Shown one piece after another: positions 9,232 through 17,095 of a DNA stretch of 17,752 nucleotides. How positions within the stretch are numbered: position 1 is the stretch's first letter; each line of letters opens with the position of its first letter. Made by a program: the position numbers and the translations under genes. The stretch is from NCBI GenBank assembly GCA_964626665.1, contig CAZVGK010000046.1, positions 1 to 17,752 of the forward strand, written 5' to 3'. The notes beneath the pieces were generated by a model, which saw nothing but the letters and a program-made list of their open reading frames with translations, searched no databases and had not been told where the DNA came from. The DNA comes from an uncultured Gemmatimonadota bacterium. GTDB taxonomy: Bacteria > SM23-81 > DAOVCL01.

Positions 9232-9563
9232 CAGAAAATCCTCGACAGAGGAAGAAAAAATGTTCGCTCATGGGGCGAACTTTGTGGAATATATTTTGTT
9301 GCTGATTCTATTTCTTGCAAATATTGAAATTTATGCTACATTCTTCTCATTTATAAGATAAAGAAAGGGTAAATATAACACCACTTGCTGACCTTTTCCA
9401 TGAGTAGATCTGTGCCAGGATCTTAATATCCATTAGATGGGAAGAAGGCCTCCGGTATCACTGTTGTAGATCCGTAGGTCTATTCTCATGGAAATTATGA
9501 TAAGATTAAGGCACTCCTAAGGAAATGTCTTTCAGCCACAGGAGGATTTTTGAAAAAGGCACA

Positions 9564-10736
9564 TCAATTTGGGACACTTCCCACAATTTGCGCCCTATGA
9601 GCGAACGGGGTTACATAGCCTAATGCAGAATGATACCGCTCGTAATTGTAGTGTTCAATCCGTTCTTTGATAAGCTGGTTTAAGTGTGCAAATGATTCGG
9701 CTTCCACCGGATCCAGACCCTCTTTCACCGTTCTGTTGACCCGTTCAATCTCGGCATTTTCATTAGGGCAATGTGGATGAATATAATGATGCTCAATCTC
9801 AGCTCGGGAAAGCAAACTCTTAAATTCCTGGCTGATGTAACAGCTGCCGTTATCTGTCTGCAAAATTGGATGCTGACCAGTCTCATCAAGCGCATCTGCA
9901 AACGCATCTCGGACTGTTTCTCCCGTCATCTGAAGACAAAGACGCCAATAAACGATGAAACGAGAATATACATCCAAAAAGAGCAACAGATAATGATCTC
10001 GACTGCGGTAGCAAATATATGTCAAGTCCGATTGCCAGACTTCATCCGCACCTGATGGCGACCGATGAGGATCCCATTTGTTATCCCTCTTTCTTAAGGT
10101 GTGCTGAGGTATTAAATTATAATCCCTTAAGATGCGATATACACTCGATGGACTCATGTAGGCAACATCCTCATCTATCATCCGATAAGCCATCTCCCGA
10201 TGCCTTAGCTCAGTATGAGCCAAGGCATATTCCCTGGCTGCCTGGTGTTCCTCAAGCGTGATGGTCTGAAGCTGAACTCTCTCCACTCTGTCGCACAGGC
10301 GATATTCCCGTTCAGCAAAACCATAAAAAGTCTTTATGCTTATCCCCCATTTCCGACATATGCCTTGTCTGCTCCAGCCGTATGATGAATACCTTTGAAC
10401 CATATCCCAGAGCTCAATCCTGTCTCCAGGACTTAAACGCTTGTAAGGCTTCAGGGCGAAAGTTTTTTTTAACTCTAACGCCTCTTCCGTCACGGCTGCG
10501 ATAATACTGTCTTTGCGCTGTAGTTCGGCTTCCAACCTCTTTACCTTCACTTGCGTGGCTCTTGAGGGTTTGGTAAATAACGAATCCGCATTGGATAACA
10601 TCTGCGATTGCCACCTGTAAATAAAAGCATCGCTGATCCCCTTACTACGACAATATGCGGCTACACCGTCTGGATACTTCAGCGCTTGCAAAACCGATTT
10701 GACTTTAAATCTTGCGCTATACTTCTGAGTGGGCAT
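9564..10736 (-). CDS. IS3-family transposase (OrfAB in one frame; C-terminus probably truncated)
   Basis: N-terminal HTH (KYSARFKVKSVL..GISDAFIYRWQ), coiled coil ending LELKK, and rve DDE core WQSDLTYI..LDVYSR..TDNGSCY..P.ENAEIERVNRTVKE..YNYERYHSALGYVTP. Confidence 0.92.
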   Translation of the reverse strand: MPTQKYSARFKVKSVLQALKYPDGVAAYCRSKGISDAFIYRWQSQMLSNADSLFTKPSRATQVKVKRLEAELQRKDSIIAAVTEEALELKKTFALKPYKRLSPGDRIELWDMVQRYSSYGWSRQGICRKWGISIKTFYGFAEREYRLCDRVERVQLQTITLEEHQAAREYALAHTELRHREMAYRMIDEDVAYMSPSSVYRILRDYNLIPQHTLRKRDNKWDPHRSPSGADEVWQSDLTYICYRSRDHYLLLFLDVYSRFIVYWRLCLQMTGETVRDAFADALDETGQHPILQTDNGSCYISQEFKSLLSRAEIEHHYIHPHCPNENAEIERVNRTVKEGLDPVEAESFAHLNQLIKERIEHYNYERYHSALGYVTPFAHRAQIVGSVPN

Positions 10737-10828
10737 GAGATGTTCCTTTCCATTTTTTATAATATAACATTCATCTCTGCCCTAACCTAAAAAAATCACA
10801 ACTGTCTATATTTTGCTGAAACAGTACG
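9564..10828 (-). mobile_element. IS3-family insertion sequence, left end recognisable, right end uncertain
   Basis: Putative left end cgtactgtttcagcaaaatatagacag (10828-10802) lies upstream of the transposase. No convincing matching right inverted repeat was found. Confidence 0.65.
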
Positions 10829-10965
10829 ATAGACCCCCTTGGACAGCGGAGCAATCCAAGTTCCGATGAACATCGGCGAGGTCGCCAGACCTTTAGGAAT
10901 TTCCATTTTTAGACAGGATTGACAGGATAATCAGGATAAATAAAACTTGTCCACATGCTTTCCTT

Positions 10966-11086
10966 GTGTAGGATGTGGGAGACATCTCCTGATGTCGATC
11001 AAAAGTGTGCTATCAGGAGTTACCTCTTCCGCCAGGAATCCCGTCGGAACGGGGCTGACAGCTCTCGAAAGGTCTGGAGACCTCTC
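10966..11086 (-). repeat. ~120-bp REPIN/MITE-like element, copy B (inverted relative to copy A)
   Basis: Reverse-complement match to 4646-4765; begins tgtgggagacatctcc and, beyond a nested insert, ends tcccaca at 11160. Confidence 0.85.
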
Positions 11087-11153
11087 CTGCCTGTGCGGTG
11101 CCTGTCTGCGTGCGACGCACAGGCAGACTGGCACAGGTAGGCACGCAGACAGG
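11086..11153. repeat. Nested CCTGYCTG..CAGRCAGG palindromic mini-repeats
   Basis: cctgcctgtgcggtg[cctgtctgcgtgcgacgcacaggcaga]ctggcacaggtaggcacgcagacagg, absent at the equivalent position of copy A. Confidence 0.7.
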
Positions 11154-11222
11154 TCCCACAATTCAAATGTGCCGCTGGTTGCCGATTTGAATGTTGGGGT
11201 CCAAATGTAGGTCACAATAATA

Positions 11223-11273
11223 GACGGGATGGACAGGATGAATAAAAATCCTGTAAATCCTGTTCATCCCGTC
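11223..11273. repeat. GACAGGAT-unit inverted repeat (half copy also at 10912-10937)
   Basis: gacgggatggacaggatg..aatcctgtaaatcctgttcatcccgtc; gacaggattgacaggataatcaggat at 10912. Confidence 0.7.
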
Positions 11274-11867
11274 AGAAAAGTCCCGCCGAAGCAGCTAAGT
11301 TCAAGGCAGGTCGGTTTCTGTTTGGGCTCCTGCCCTGACGGGGGATTAGAAACCATTCTACCGCACTTTAGTGCGGGTTAAGGGCCTTAAGGCCCTCCTA
11401 TTGAGGGCTAAAGCCCCCCAAAACCCCTCGGCTACCCGTCCCGAACCGGAACGGGTCGGGTAGAAATACCCTTGGTCTGACCGGGCGTCTCGGAAATTCT
11501 ATAAGTTCCGAGCCAGTCATCAGGGGGTTTGGGGGAAACGATGTGCTTTCCCCCAAGGGGTAACAGTTTCGATCTGTCGGGACGCCATATCCCGAGAGAA
11601 TCGGGATTGGAAGTTAATGAACAAAGTGAACTAACTTGATGTTTCGGAATTTCCAAGAAATTCCGAAACGTCGGGGAATGTTTGAAGGGGGTAGGCCCCC
11701 TTCAAGGGTGACAGCGGAGCAATCCGAGCGAGCACAGGATTGCGGAGCGCCATAGGGCCGGTGAGGCCCTCTCTGGAGAAGTTAGCGACCGAAGGGAGCT
11801 AAGTTCGGAGGGTATGTAGGGGTCGCATTTATGCGACCCGAATCTTGCTGCCATTGGAGGGCAAAAA

Positions 11868-11894
11868 AGGTGGCAGAACTGGGTTCTGCCACCT
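11868..11894. repeat. GGTGGCAGA hairpin repeat, copy 3
   Basis: aggtggcagaac-tgg-gttctgccacct, a perfect 12-bp stem. Confidence 0.8.
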
Positions 11895-11996
11895 AAGAAA
11901 GTGCCCCTGCATTTCAAACCGTTGGGCCATGAGCATCTCTGTGAAAAAGAAGAAGATAGGCAAAGAAAAGAGGATTGAACTGCGAATTTTATAATT

Positions 11997-12284
11997 TTAT
12001 GGACGTCCCCACTTGTGCCCCTTTTCTGTAACTGCAGGTGCGACGATCGGCCGGCTTTCCAGATACAGCGTATCATAGCTCAGATCCAACTCGCCAGGCC
12101 ATTCGACAGAACCGGCCACCACCCGCGCCGCTTGAAATGCGGCGCGATTTTGCAGGCGGACGAAGACACCACGCCGCAGGTAAAGCTTCACGTCGAATAT
12201 CCGGCGCTCACCGTTCTCGAACACCACCTCTAGCTGGTAATCATCCAGCGGATGAACATGTTGGACATAAGGATTCATGGACAC
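11997..12284 (-). CDS. DUF2442 domain protein (putative TA module partner)
   Basis: V..V.PLDDYQLEVVFENGERRIFDVK.YL..GVF..L.....F...RV..GSVEWPGELDLSYDTLY; directly downstream of the DUF4160 gene. Confidence 0.85.
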   Translation of the reverse strand: MSMNPYVQHVHPLDDYQLEVVFENGERRIFDVKLYLRRGVFVRLQNRAAFQAARVVAGSVEWPGELDLSYDTLYLESRPIVAPAVTEKGHKWGRP

Positions 12285-12287
12285 CTC

Positions 12288-12559
12288 CTACCTCAACGGC
12301 TCAATCTTGAACACTTCCTCGCCATTCACGGCCAATTCCCAGTCAGCGAGTAGTTCCTCGCGGTGGATTTCGATCCATGCCTGCACCAGTCGAGCTTTTC
12401 CAGACGGCAGTTCGCCAGCCAATACCTCCCCATCGCCGATGCTGAATACCGCCCGCTTCCCGGTGTATTCGGCGTGCAAGTGGGACACGTGATGCTGCTT
12501 TTGTCATCATAGAAGTACATGCGAATCACGATGCCATAGAACATGGATAGAATCGGCAT
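12288..12559 (-). pseudogene. DUF4160 domain protein, frameshifted at an A4 run
   Basis: MPILSMFYGIVIRMYFYDDK in one frame and QHHVSHLHAEY..GELPSGKARLVQAWIEIHREELLADWELAVNGEEVFKIEPLR in another; the shift is at 12499-12502. GGAGG RBS present. Confidence 0.85.
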
Positions 12560-12600
12560 GGTTGTTTGTCCTCCACACGGGGTTACGAACGGTTCAAGGC

Positions 12601-12662
12601 ACCTAACGAAGAGTTCACCGGCGGCGGGCTTGCCCGCCGTCCGCTGCAACGATTGGTTAGGC
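12601..12662 (-). other. attC site 1 (62 bp)
   Basis: GCCTAAC caatc gttgcagcggacggcgggcaagcccgccgccggtgaactcttc GTTAGGT; imperfect palindrome 14 nt after the hicA stop. Confidence 0.92.
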
Positions 12663-12676
12663 ACTTACATAGTCTA

Positions 12677-12913
12677 TTATCTCAAAAGTTGTTCAATCTC
12701 TTCATCAGTAAATTTCAACTGTCTCAATACCCTTTTGCAATATACGGGATCCAAGGTTTTCTTTCCCATCTGGACAGGAGCAGAATATCTCCTTCTTTCA
12801 ACTGTTCTTGAATATATAGCATGGTCTGTTGGCCCCTGTCTAACGAATATTGTTCCGCCTTTTTCCAGTAATCTCACAAGCTCTCTGCTGGAGATTGAAG
12901 GTATCTTAGGCAT
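12677..12913 (-). CDS. hicA: HicA-family toxin
   Basis: MPKIPSISSRELVRLLEKGG.IFVRQG.TDHAIY..R....VQMGKKTL....KRVLRQLKFT.EE; the start overlaps the hicB stop. Confidence 0.82.
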   Translation of the reverse strand: MPKIPSISSRELVRLLEKGGTIFVRQGPTDHAIYSRTVERRRYSAPVQMGKKTLDPVYCKRVLRQLKFTDEEIEQLLR

Positions 12914-13205
12914 ATACCGGAACCTCGTGTACTTCAAGCGGTCTCAAAATCAAACCTTCCGTCGGTTCTTTATACCACTCAGGCTCTGTATCTCTCAAAA
13001 ATTCAATCAACTCCTCTGAAGAAATAGGGGACACAACAGTTTCTGGATGCTCTTTTATATCTTCTTGATACAATTCTATCGCTGATCTTAGGTTTTTCTC
13101 TACATCTGCAAGATCTTCTCCACGGGCAGAAAGATTCAACTCCAAGCATATAGCAACATATTCAAGCTTGCTTTTGCGGATTATTGCTGTGTATTTCCTT
13201 CCCAT
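12906..13205 (-). CDS. hicB: HicB-family antitoxin (short form, no obvious DNA-binding domain)
   Basis: YTAIIRK....YVAICLELNLSARGEDL.DVEKNLRSAIELY; GAGGAGG RBS before ATG 13205. The longer track ORF runs into attC 2. Confidence 0.82.
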   Translation of the reverse strand: MGRKYTAIIRKSKLEYVAICLELNLSARGEDLADVEKNLRSAIELYQEDIKEHPETVVSPISSEELIEFLRDTEPEWYKEPTEGLILRPLEVHEVPVYA

Positions 13206-13249
13206 TGACTTTTCCTCCTCTTCATCTGATTTAACCAAAAGTTTATAGT

Positions 13250-13321
13250 GTCTAACGCTTGAACTCACTGGTTTTTACGCAGCGAGGCGGAGTAAAAATC
13301 CAGTGCAGTGATTTGTTATGT
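13250..13321 (-). other. attC site 2 (72 bp)
   Basis: ACATAAC aaatc actgcactggattttta...taaaaaccagtgagttcaagc GTTAGAC. Confidence 0.92.
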
Positions 13322-13331
13322 GATTTTTTCA

Positions 13332-13709
13332 TTATCCCATTGGTGTACAAATTTCTACTATTGTTCCAAAATCATCTCCTACATAAGCAACAACTTGTCC
13401 CCAGGGTTTTTCTTCTGGCTTCTTGATTTCCTTTGCTCCATTAGAAAGTGCTTTTTCAAATGCTCCTTGAACATCATCTGTAGAAAAAGCAATTTCAAAG
13501 CAATTCTTTGTACCTTTTAATGATTCAATACCGATATTCATTTTAAGCATTTCATTATTTGCGAATGCCAAAGTTGTTTCACCGCTTTCCATTTCTGCAT
13601 ACATATTCGATTCATGGATAAATTTGGTTTTCATGCCAAATGCTTTTTCATAGAATTCAGTTGCCTTAACAGCATTGTCAACATAGATGATTACATATTT
13701 CAACTTCAT
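13332..13709 (-). CDS. VOC/glyoxalase-bleomycin resistance family protein
   Basis: YVIIYVDN..KA.EFYEKAFG..YAEM.SGET.LAF..FEIAFSTDDV..A...GAK..K.PEEKPWGQ.VAYV.D..G.IVEICTP. Confidence 0.9.
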   Translation of the reverse strand: MKLKYVIIYVDNAVKATEFYEKAFGMKTKFIHESNMYAEMESGETTLAFANNEMLKMNIGIESLKGTKNCFEIAFSTDDVQGAFEKALSNGAKEIKKPEEKPWGQVVAYVGDDFGTIVEICTPMG

Positions 13710-14053
13710 TTTGACTCTCTCCTTGTTTTCTTATTCTTAGATTTTGGTTTTGGCTCTGGCAGTTCTTCTACTGCTATTCTTATTAAATTACTAATCCAAT
13801 CTCTATTTTCTAATTGATCTTCTATAAGAAAATATGGTTTAGCTCCGGGATAAGGAGGAGATTCAATAAGATTTGCAATATAAGCTCTTCCTGCCTTAGT
13901 AGGTTTTATAAATAATTGGTCATCGCATACAAGAGCCATTATCTTTCCATTAGAATAAAGAGCATATTCACCAAACATTTTCTTATAGGTAATCTCGCCC
14001 GCGTTTTCAATTTGCTCTACAACGAATTTGACAAAATCCAAATCTGATGCCAT
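13706..14053 (-). CDS. TfoX/Sxy N-terminal domain protein
   Basis: MASD.DFV.FV.EQ..AGEITYKKMFGEYALY..GK..ALVCDDQLFIKPT.AGR...PPYPGAKPYFLI; ATGA overlap with the VOC gene. Confidence 0.9.
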   Translation of the reverse strand: MASDLDFVKFVVEQIENAGEITYKKMFGEYALYSNGKIMALVCDDQLFIKPTKAGRAYIANLIESPPYPGAKPYFLIEDQLENRDWISNLIRIAVEELPEPKPKSKNKKTRRESK

Positions 14054-14089
14054 TTCAATTTCCTCTTGTTTATTTTCTTACACACTTAC

Positions 14090-14293
14090 ACATAACGGGG
14101 CGCGGGAATGAGCCGCACTTTGCGTCGGGAGGAAATCATGCGGAGCTTGGGTTCAAATCCACGGTCAGCAATATAGAGATACGCGTGCGATGAGTATAGT
14201 AATGGACATCATTGAGAGCATGATTTTCGACCAGAGCAAAGCGAGCGAAAGCGAAGCCGCTTTAGCGGTGTCGGTTCCATCCCGAGGTTAGGC
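14090..14293 (-). other. attC site 3, unusually long (204 bp)
   Basis: GCCTAAC ctcgggatggaaccg ... cggctcattcccgcgcccc GTTATGT, with internal pairing aaatcatgc/gcatgattt. Confidence 0.75.
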
Positions 14294-14355
14294 CGCCCTG
14301 TGGCGGCTAACCGAGAGATGGTTCATTCTCGCGCCCCGTTAAGCCGCCACAGGCG

Positions 14356-14441
14356 GCTTAACGTTTGAACTGAGCGGCGGGCCGATACACTTTGCAAAGA
14401 CGCTACTACTTCTTCCCGTCCGCTCCAGTGACTTGTTAGGG
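14356..14441 (-). other. attC site 4 (86 bp)
   Basis: CCCTAAC aagtc actggagcggacggg...cccgccgctcagttcaaac GTTAAGC. Confidence 0.9.
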
Positions 14442-14506
14442 CAGCCTCTTTTTGCGACAGAGGTACACACATCTGAAACTGCTGGCTTTGTTTATCCGGC
14501 TTCAAC

Positions 14507-14761
14507 TCAAGCGTGGGCCTTGACGTGGGCTTTTGGTTCTACGTGCCTCATGGCAAAAGCCGGAGAATTGGCCTCAATTCTGCGCATGGCTTCCCGGTCG
14601 TAGATTCTCTCACCGCAATCCGGACATTCGTAGAACTCTAGCGATGGAACTGTGTAAGATTGGCCTTGAAACTTGCCAGTCCAGTCCTGCCTCACCCTTT
14701 TAATTCTGTTACTAGCGCAAGAAGGACAGATTGTAATTTGTATCATTGTCATCATCTCCAA
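14507..14761 (-). CDS. YgiT-type (MqsA N-terminal-like) zinc finger protein
   Basis: CPSC...G..Y.VP.L.FYECPDCGERIYD.EA; no C-terminal HTH; exact start uncertain. Confidence 0.85.
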   Translation of the reverse strand: MEMMTMIQITICPSCASNRIKRVRQDWTGKFQGQSYTVPSLEFYECPDCGERIYDREAMRRIEANSPAFAMRHVEPKAHVKAHA

Positions 14762-15073
14762 TCAGAGTGCCTTCTTTGAAGAAACGAGGAAATAGTAAGT
14801 CTCTGCCGCAGCCTCATGCACGAGCTTACCTTTGGAATAGATAACCAAACCATCCAAGTTCGTGCCTTGAATGACATAAAGATATTCTCTGGCCTGTTTC
14901 CGAAGGGAACTTCGCGAGCGAATCCTCTTGTAAATAGCTACTGCATTGATAATAGACTCTACAACATCGAGTTCAGTAATACCATCAGCCTCCATTTCTA
15001 TACGTGCCTTTTCGCTGAACACGTAACGACCTGAAAGAACCGCTCGTTTGATTCGTACCAGAACATCGCTCAT
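14762..15073 (-). CDS. DUF4258-like protein, putative toxin paired with the YgiT zinc finger
   Basis: IKRAV..GRYVFSEKA..EM.ADGI.E.DV.ESI.N..YVI.G; AAGGAG RBS before ATG 15073. Confidence 0.7.
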   Translation of the reverse strand: MSDVLVRIKRAVLSGRYVFSEKARIEMEADGITELDVVESIINAVAIYKRIRSRSSLRKQAREYLYVIQGTNLDGLVIYSKGKLVHEAAAETYYFLVSSKKAL

Positions 15074-15111
15074 GGTTAGCGTCTCCTTTATTCTCAGCGC
15101 AACGGCGAACA

Positions 15112-15201
15112 GCATAACGCCGGAAATCAGGCGCGGGCCAAAAAGCTTGCCGCGTCAGCGCCCTCGCGCCCCTTCCCGTCGCCTGAATTGACTTGTTATG
15201 G
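15112..15201 (-). other. attC site 5 (90 bp)
   Basis: CCATAAC aagtc aattcaggcg...cgcctgatttccggc GTTATGC, starting 1 nt after the stop of the 267-aa gene. Confidence 0.9.
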
Positions 15202-15202
15202 C

Positions 15203-16006
15203 TTAATATCGTAATTTCAGCCACTTAGTTACCTCAAATTTACGTATATATGGTTCACTCCGAACATCATTCATTAACTCCCAGTAACAGGCTTTTGCAA
15301 AGTCAGATGTTACATCTTTGGGGTAAGTGTAGCGGTATTTTGGAGGGTTGCTACTTTTCCAAACAATACTTTTTTTGAATTCCGGTTGTAGGTAGCAGTA
15401 AATGCCCCATCTAATGTTATTTAGAAATTCAGCGATAGTACTACTATGATATCCAAGAATATCTGTGTGAAAACGTTCGTAAAATTCCGCTAATGCCAGC
15501 AGTGCTTCTTCAATTTCAACATCGTCGCCGCTTTTGGCCAAAATACCTTTTAATTCTGCTGCAACACCAACGGCCCTGAGATAGTTATGTTTTGATATGT
15601 CACCAGTCATTTTCAGGAAGTTAAACCTTGTTATTTTCACCTTTGTATCCTTGTCAATTGACGGTAACCAGATATCGACTTCTACCTCCTGTTCGAGCCA
15701 ATTCTTAAACTCTTGTGTCGCCGTTTTTAAATGTTGGATCGAGTTGTTTTCGTCAAAGCATGGGCTTTCTGAAATTTTGCGTAAACCACCTAAGTAGGAG
15801 GTTTGCTTTATTGGGCCTTTGGGATCTGTACAAGACAAGAAATCTACCAAAATAATGTTAAAGAACATTCTGTGAGTCATGGATTTGAAACTGATACTTG
15901 AGTCCGGATCTTTTCCTTGCAACGACATCAGTTCAAAATTCACCATTGAGTCAATCAACTCTTTTACTGCTTTCAGAATTATTATTTCTTGTTCGATGTT
16001 TTTCAT
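15203..16006 (-). CDS. Hypothetical protein, 267 aa, single-gene cassette
   Basis: Uninterrupted ORF filling the space between attC 6 and attC 5. Confidence 0.85.
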   Translation of the reverse strand: MKNIEQEIIILKAVKELIDSMVNFELMSLQGKDPDSSISFKSMTHRMFFNIILVDFLSCTDPKGPIKQTSYLGGLRKISESPCFDENNSIQHLKTATQEFKNWLEQEVEVDIWLPSIDKDTKVKITRFNFLKMTGDISKHNYLRAVGVAAELKGILAKSGDDVEIEEALLALAEFYERFHTDILGYHSSTIAEFLNNIRWGIYCYLQPEFKKSIVWKSSNPPKYRYTYPKDVTSDFAKACYWELMNDVRSEPYIRKFEVTKWLKLRY

Positions 16007-16010
16007 GGTG

Positions 16011-16082
16011 CCATAACGACCAAGCTCACCTGCCGCTATGAAGTGTAGCGGAATATCGGTCAGGTGCAGCGCCTTGTTGGGC
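16011..16082 (-). other. attC site 6 (72 bp)
   Basis: GCCCAAC aaggc gctgcacctgaccg...cggcaggtgagcttggtc GTTATGG, 2 nt after the methyltransferase stop. Confidence 0.92.
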
Positions 16083-16084
16083 GA

Positions 16085-17095
16085 TCATTTTATTTCGTAT
16101 GTTGCTTCCAATTCCCTTATCATTAAATCCATTTGCTCAGGCTCTTTCTTGTACATATTAAATGATTTTACAGCTTCTCTTGCTATTTCTACCGACCTCT
16201 TTTCTTTGTCAATGCCGATATATCTTCTCCCTTCACTCAATGCTGCCAATGCAGTAGTGCCACTTCCAATAAAACAATCTAGTACAATTTCACTAGGCTC
16301 AGTAAATAGCTTTATTGCCCGCCGGGGCAACTCAACAGGAAATTTAGAATCATGATCTGAATTACTTCGAACTGAAGGAATTTCCCATACCCCCCTAGAA
16401 CCCCAATTAACCCATTCTTGTTTTGTAAGCCTTGATCGGTCAACTTTGGTTATGCCAGGTTTCCAAAAAATATAAATATATTCTGATTCATCTACAGAAC
16501 GGTATGATATAGTATGCCATCTTGAGTTCTCCCATGCGGCATCTTTTACCCATATGCGCCGATCATATAAATAAAAACCTGCATCTGTAGCAGCTTCATT
16601 TATTAACCCGCCAACTAGATAAACCCTTGTTTGGGCTTGATACTTTCCGCCTCTAATATTGTTGCCGTTGAGTCGTCGGTCAATTGTTTGCTCACTACAT
16701 CCAAAGCACTCTGCAAGTTTATACCTATTCCAATCTGGATGCCGCTTCTTAACTTTTAGTATGTCATCCTTAGTAAGTTTTATTTTTCTTCGAGAAATGT
16801 TCTCTGCCATTATCTTTGGCATGTTCTCGTCTTTAAAACACAATATGTCAGCAATATTTATCACCAAAAAGCCACCTGGCTTGATGATTAGGAAATGCAG
16901 TTTGATTACCTCTCGTAACAGTTGCTTCCAATCTTCAAATGACAAATCTTTCTCATATTCTTTACCGACATAATAAGGAGGAGACCATATACTAAGAGCA
17001 ATAGATTCTTGCTCAATTCTTCTTAAAAGCTGCCGTGAATCACCGTGGTATATCCTGTTCGGTACAAGTGGATTAAATATATTTACGACTGCCAT
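16085..17095 (-). CDS. Beta-class N4-cytosine/N6-adenine DNA methyltransferase with internal HTH-like insertion
   Basis: IYHGDS, motif IV WSPPY, H.SKFP.ELP.R.I, motif I VLDCFIGSGTT near the C-terminus, YIGID. The start is 17095 or 17107. Confidence 0.92.
   Translation of the reverse strand: MAVVNIFNPLVPNRIYHGDSRQLLRRIEQESIALSIWSPPYYVGKEYEKDLSFEDWKQLLREVIKLHFLIIKPGGFLVINIADILCFKDENMPKIMAENISRRKIKLTKDDILKVKKRHPDWNRYKLAECFGCSEQTIDRRLNGNNIRGGKYQAQTRVYLVGGLINEAATDAGFYLYDRRIWVKDAAWENSRWHTISYRSVDESEYIYIFWKPGITKVDRSRLTKQEWVNWGSRGVWEIPSVRSNSDHDSKFPVELPRRAIKLFTEPSEIVLDCFIGSGTTALAALSEGRRYIGIDKEKRSVEIAREAVKSFNMYKKEPEQMDLMIRELEATYEIK

Noticed and set aside
9240-9560. Possible divergent promoter or gene in the AT-rich gap
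   Set aside because: Promoter-like hexamers are weak and no credible ORF follows.
11900-11996. attC after the DUF2442 gene
   Set aside because: No paired RYYYAAC/GTTRRRY palindrome was found.
10931-12076. ORFs in the palindrome-rich tract
   Set aside because: They are translations of repeat DNA without RBS or protein-like features.
14323-14505. 60-aa ORF, and the similar 14985-15224 ORF and the N-terminal extensions of 12326-12664 and 12906-13268
   Set aside because: They read through attC sites, a common artefact.
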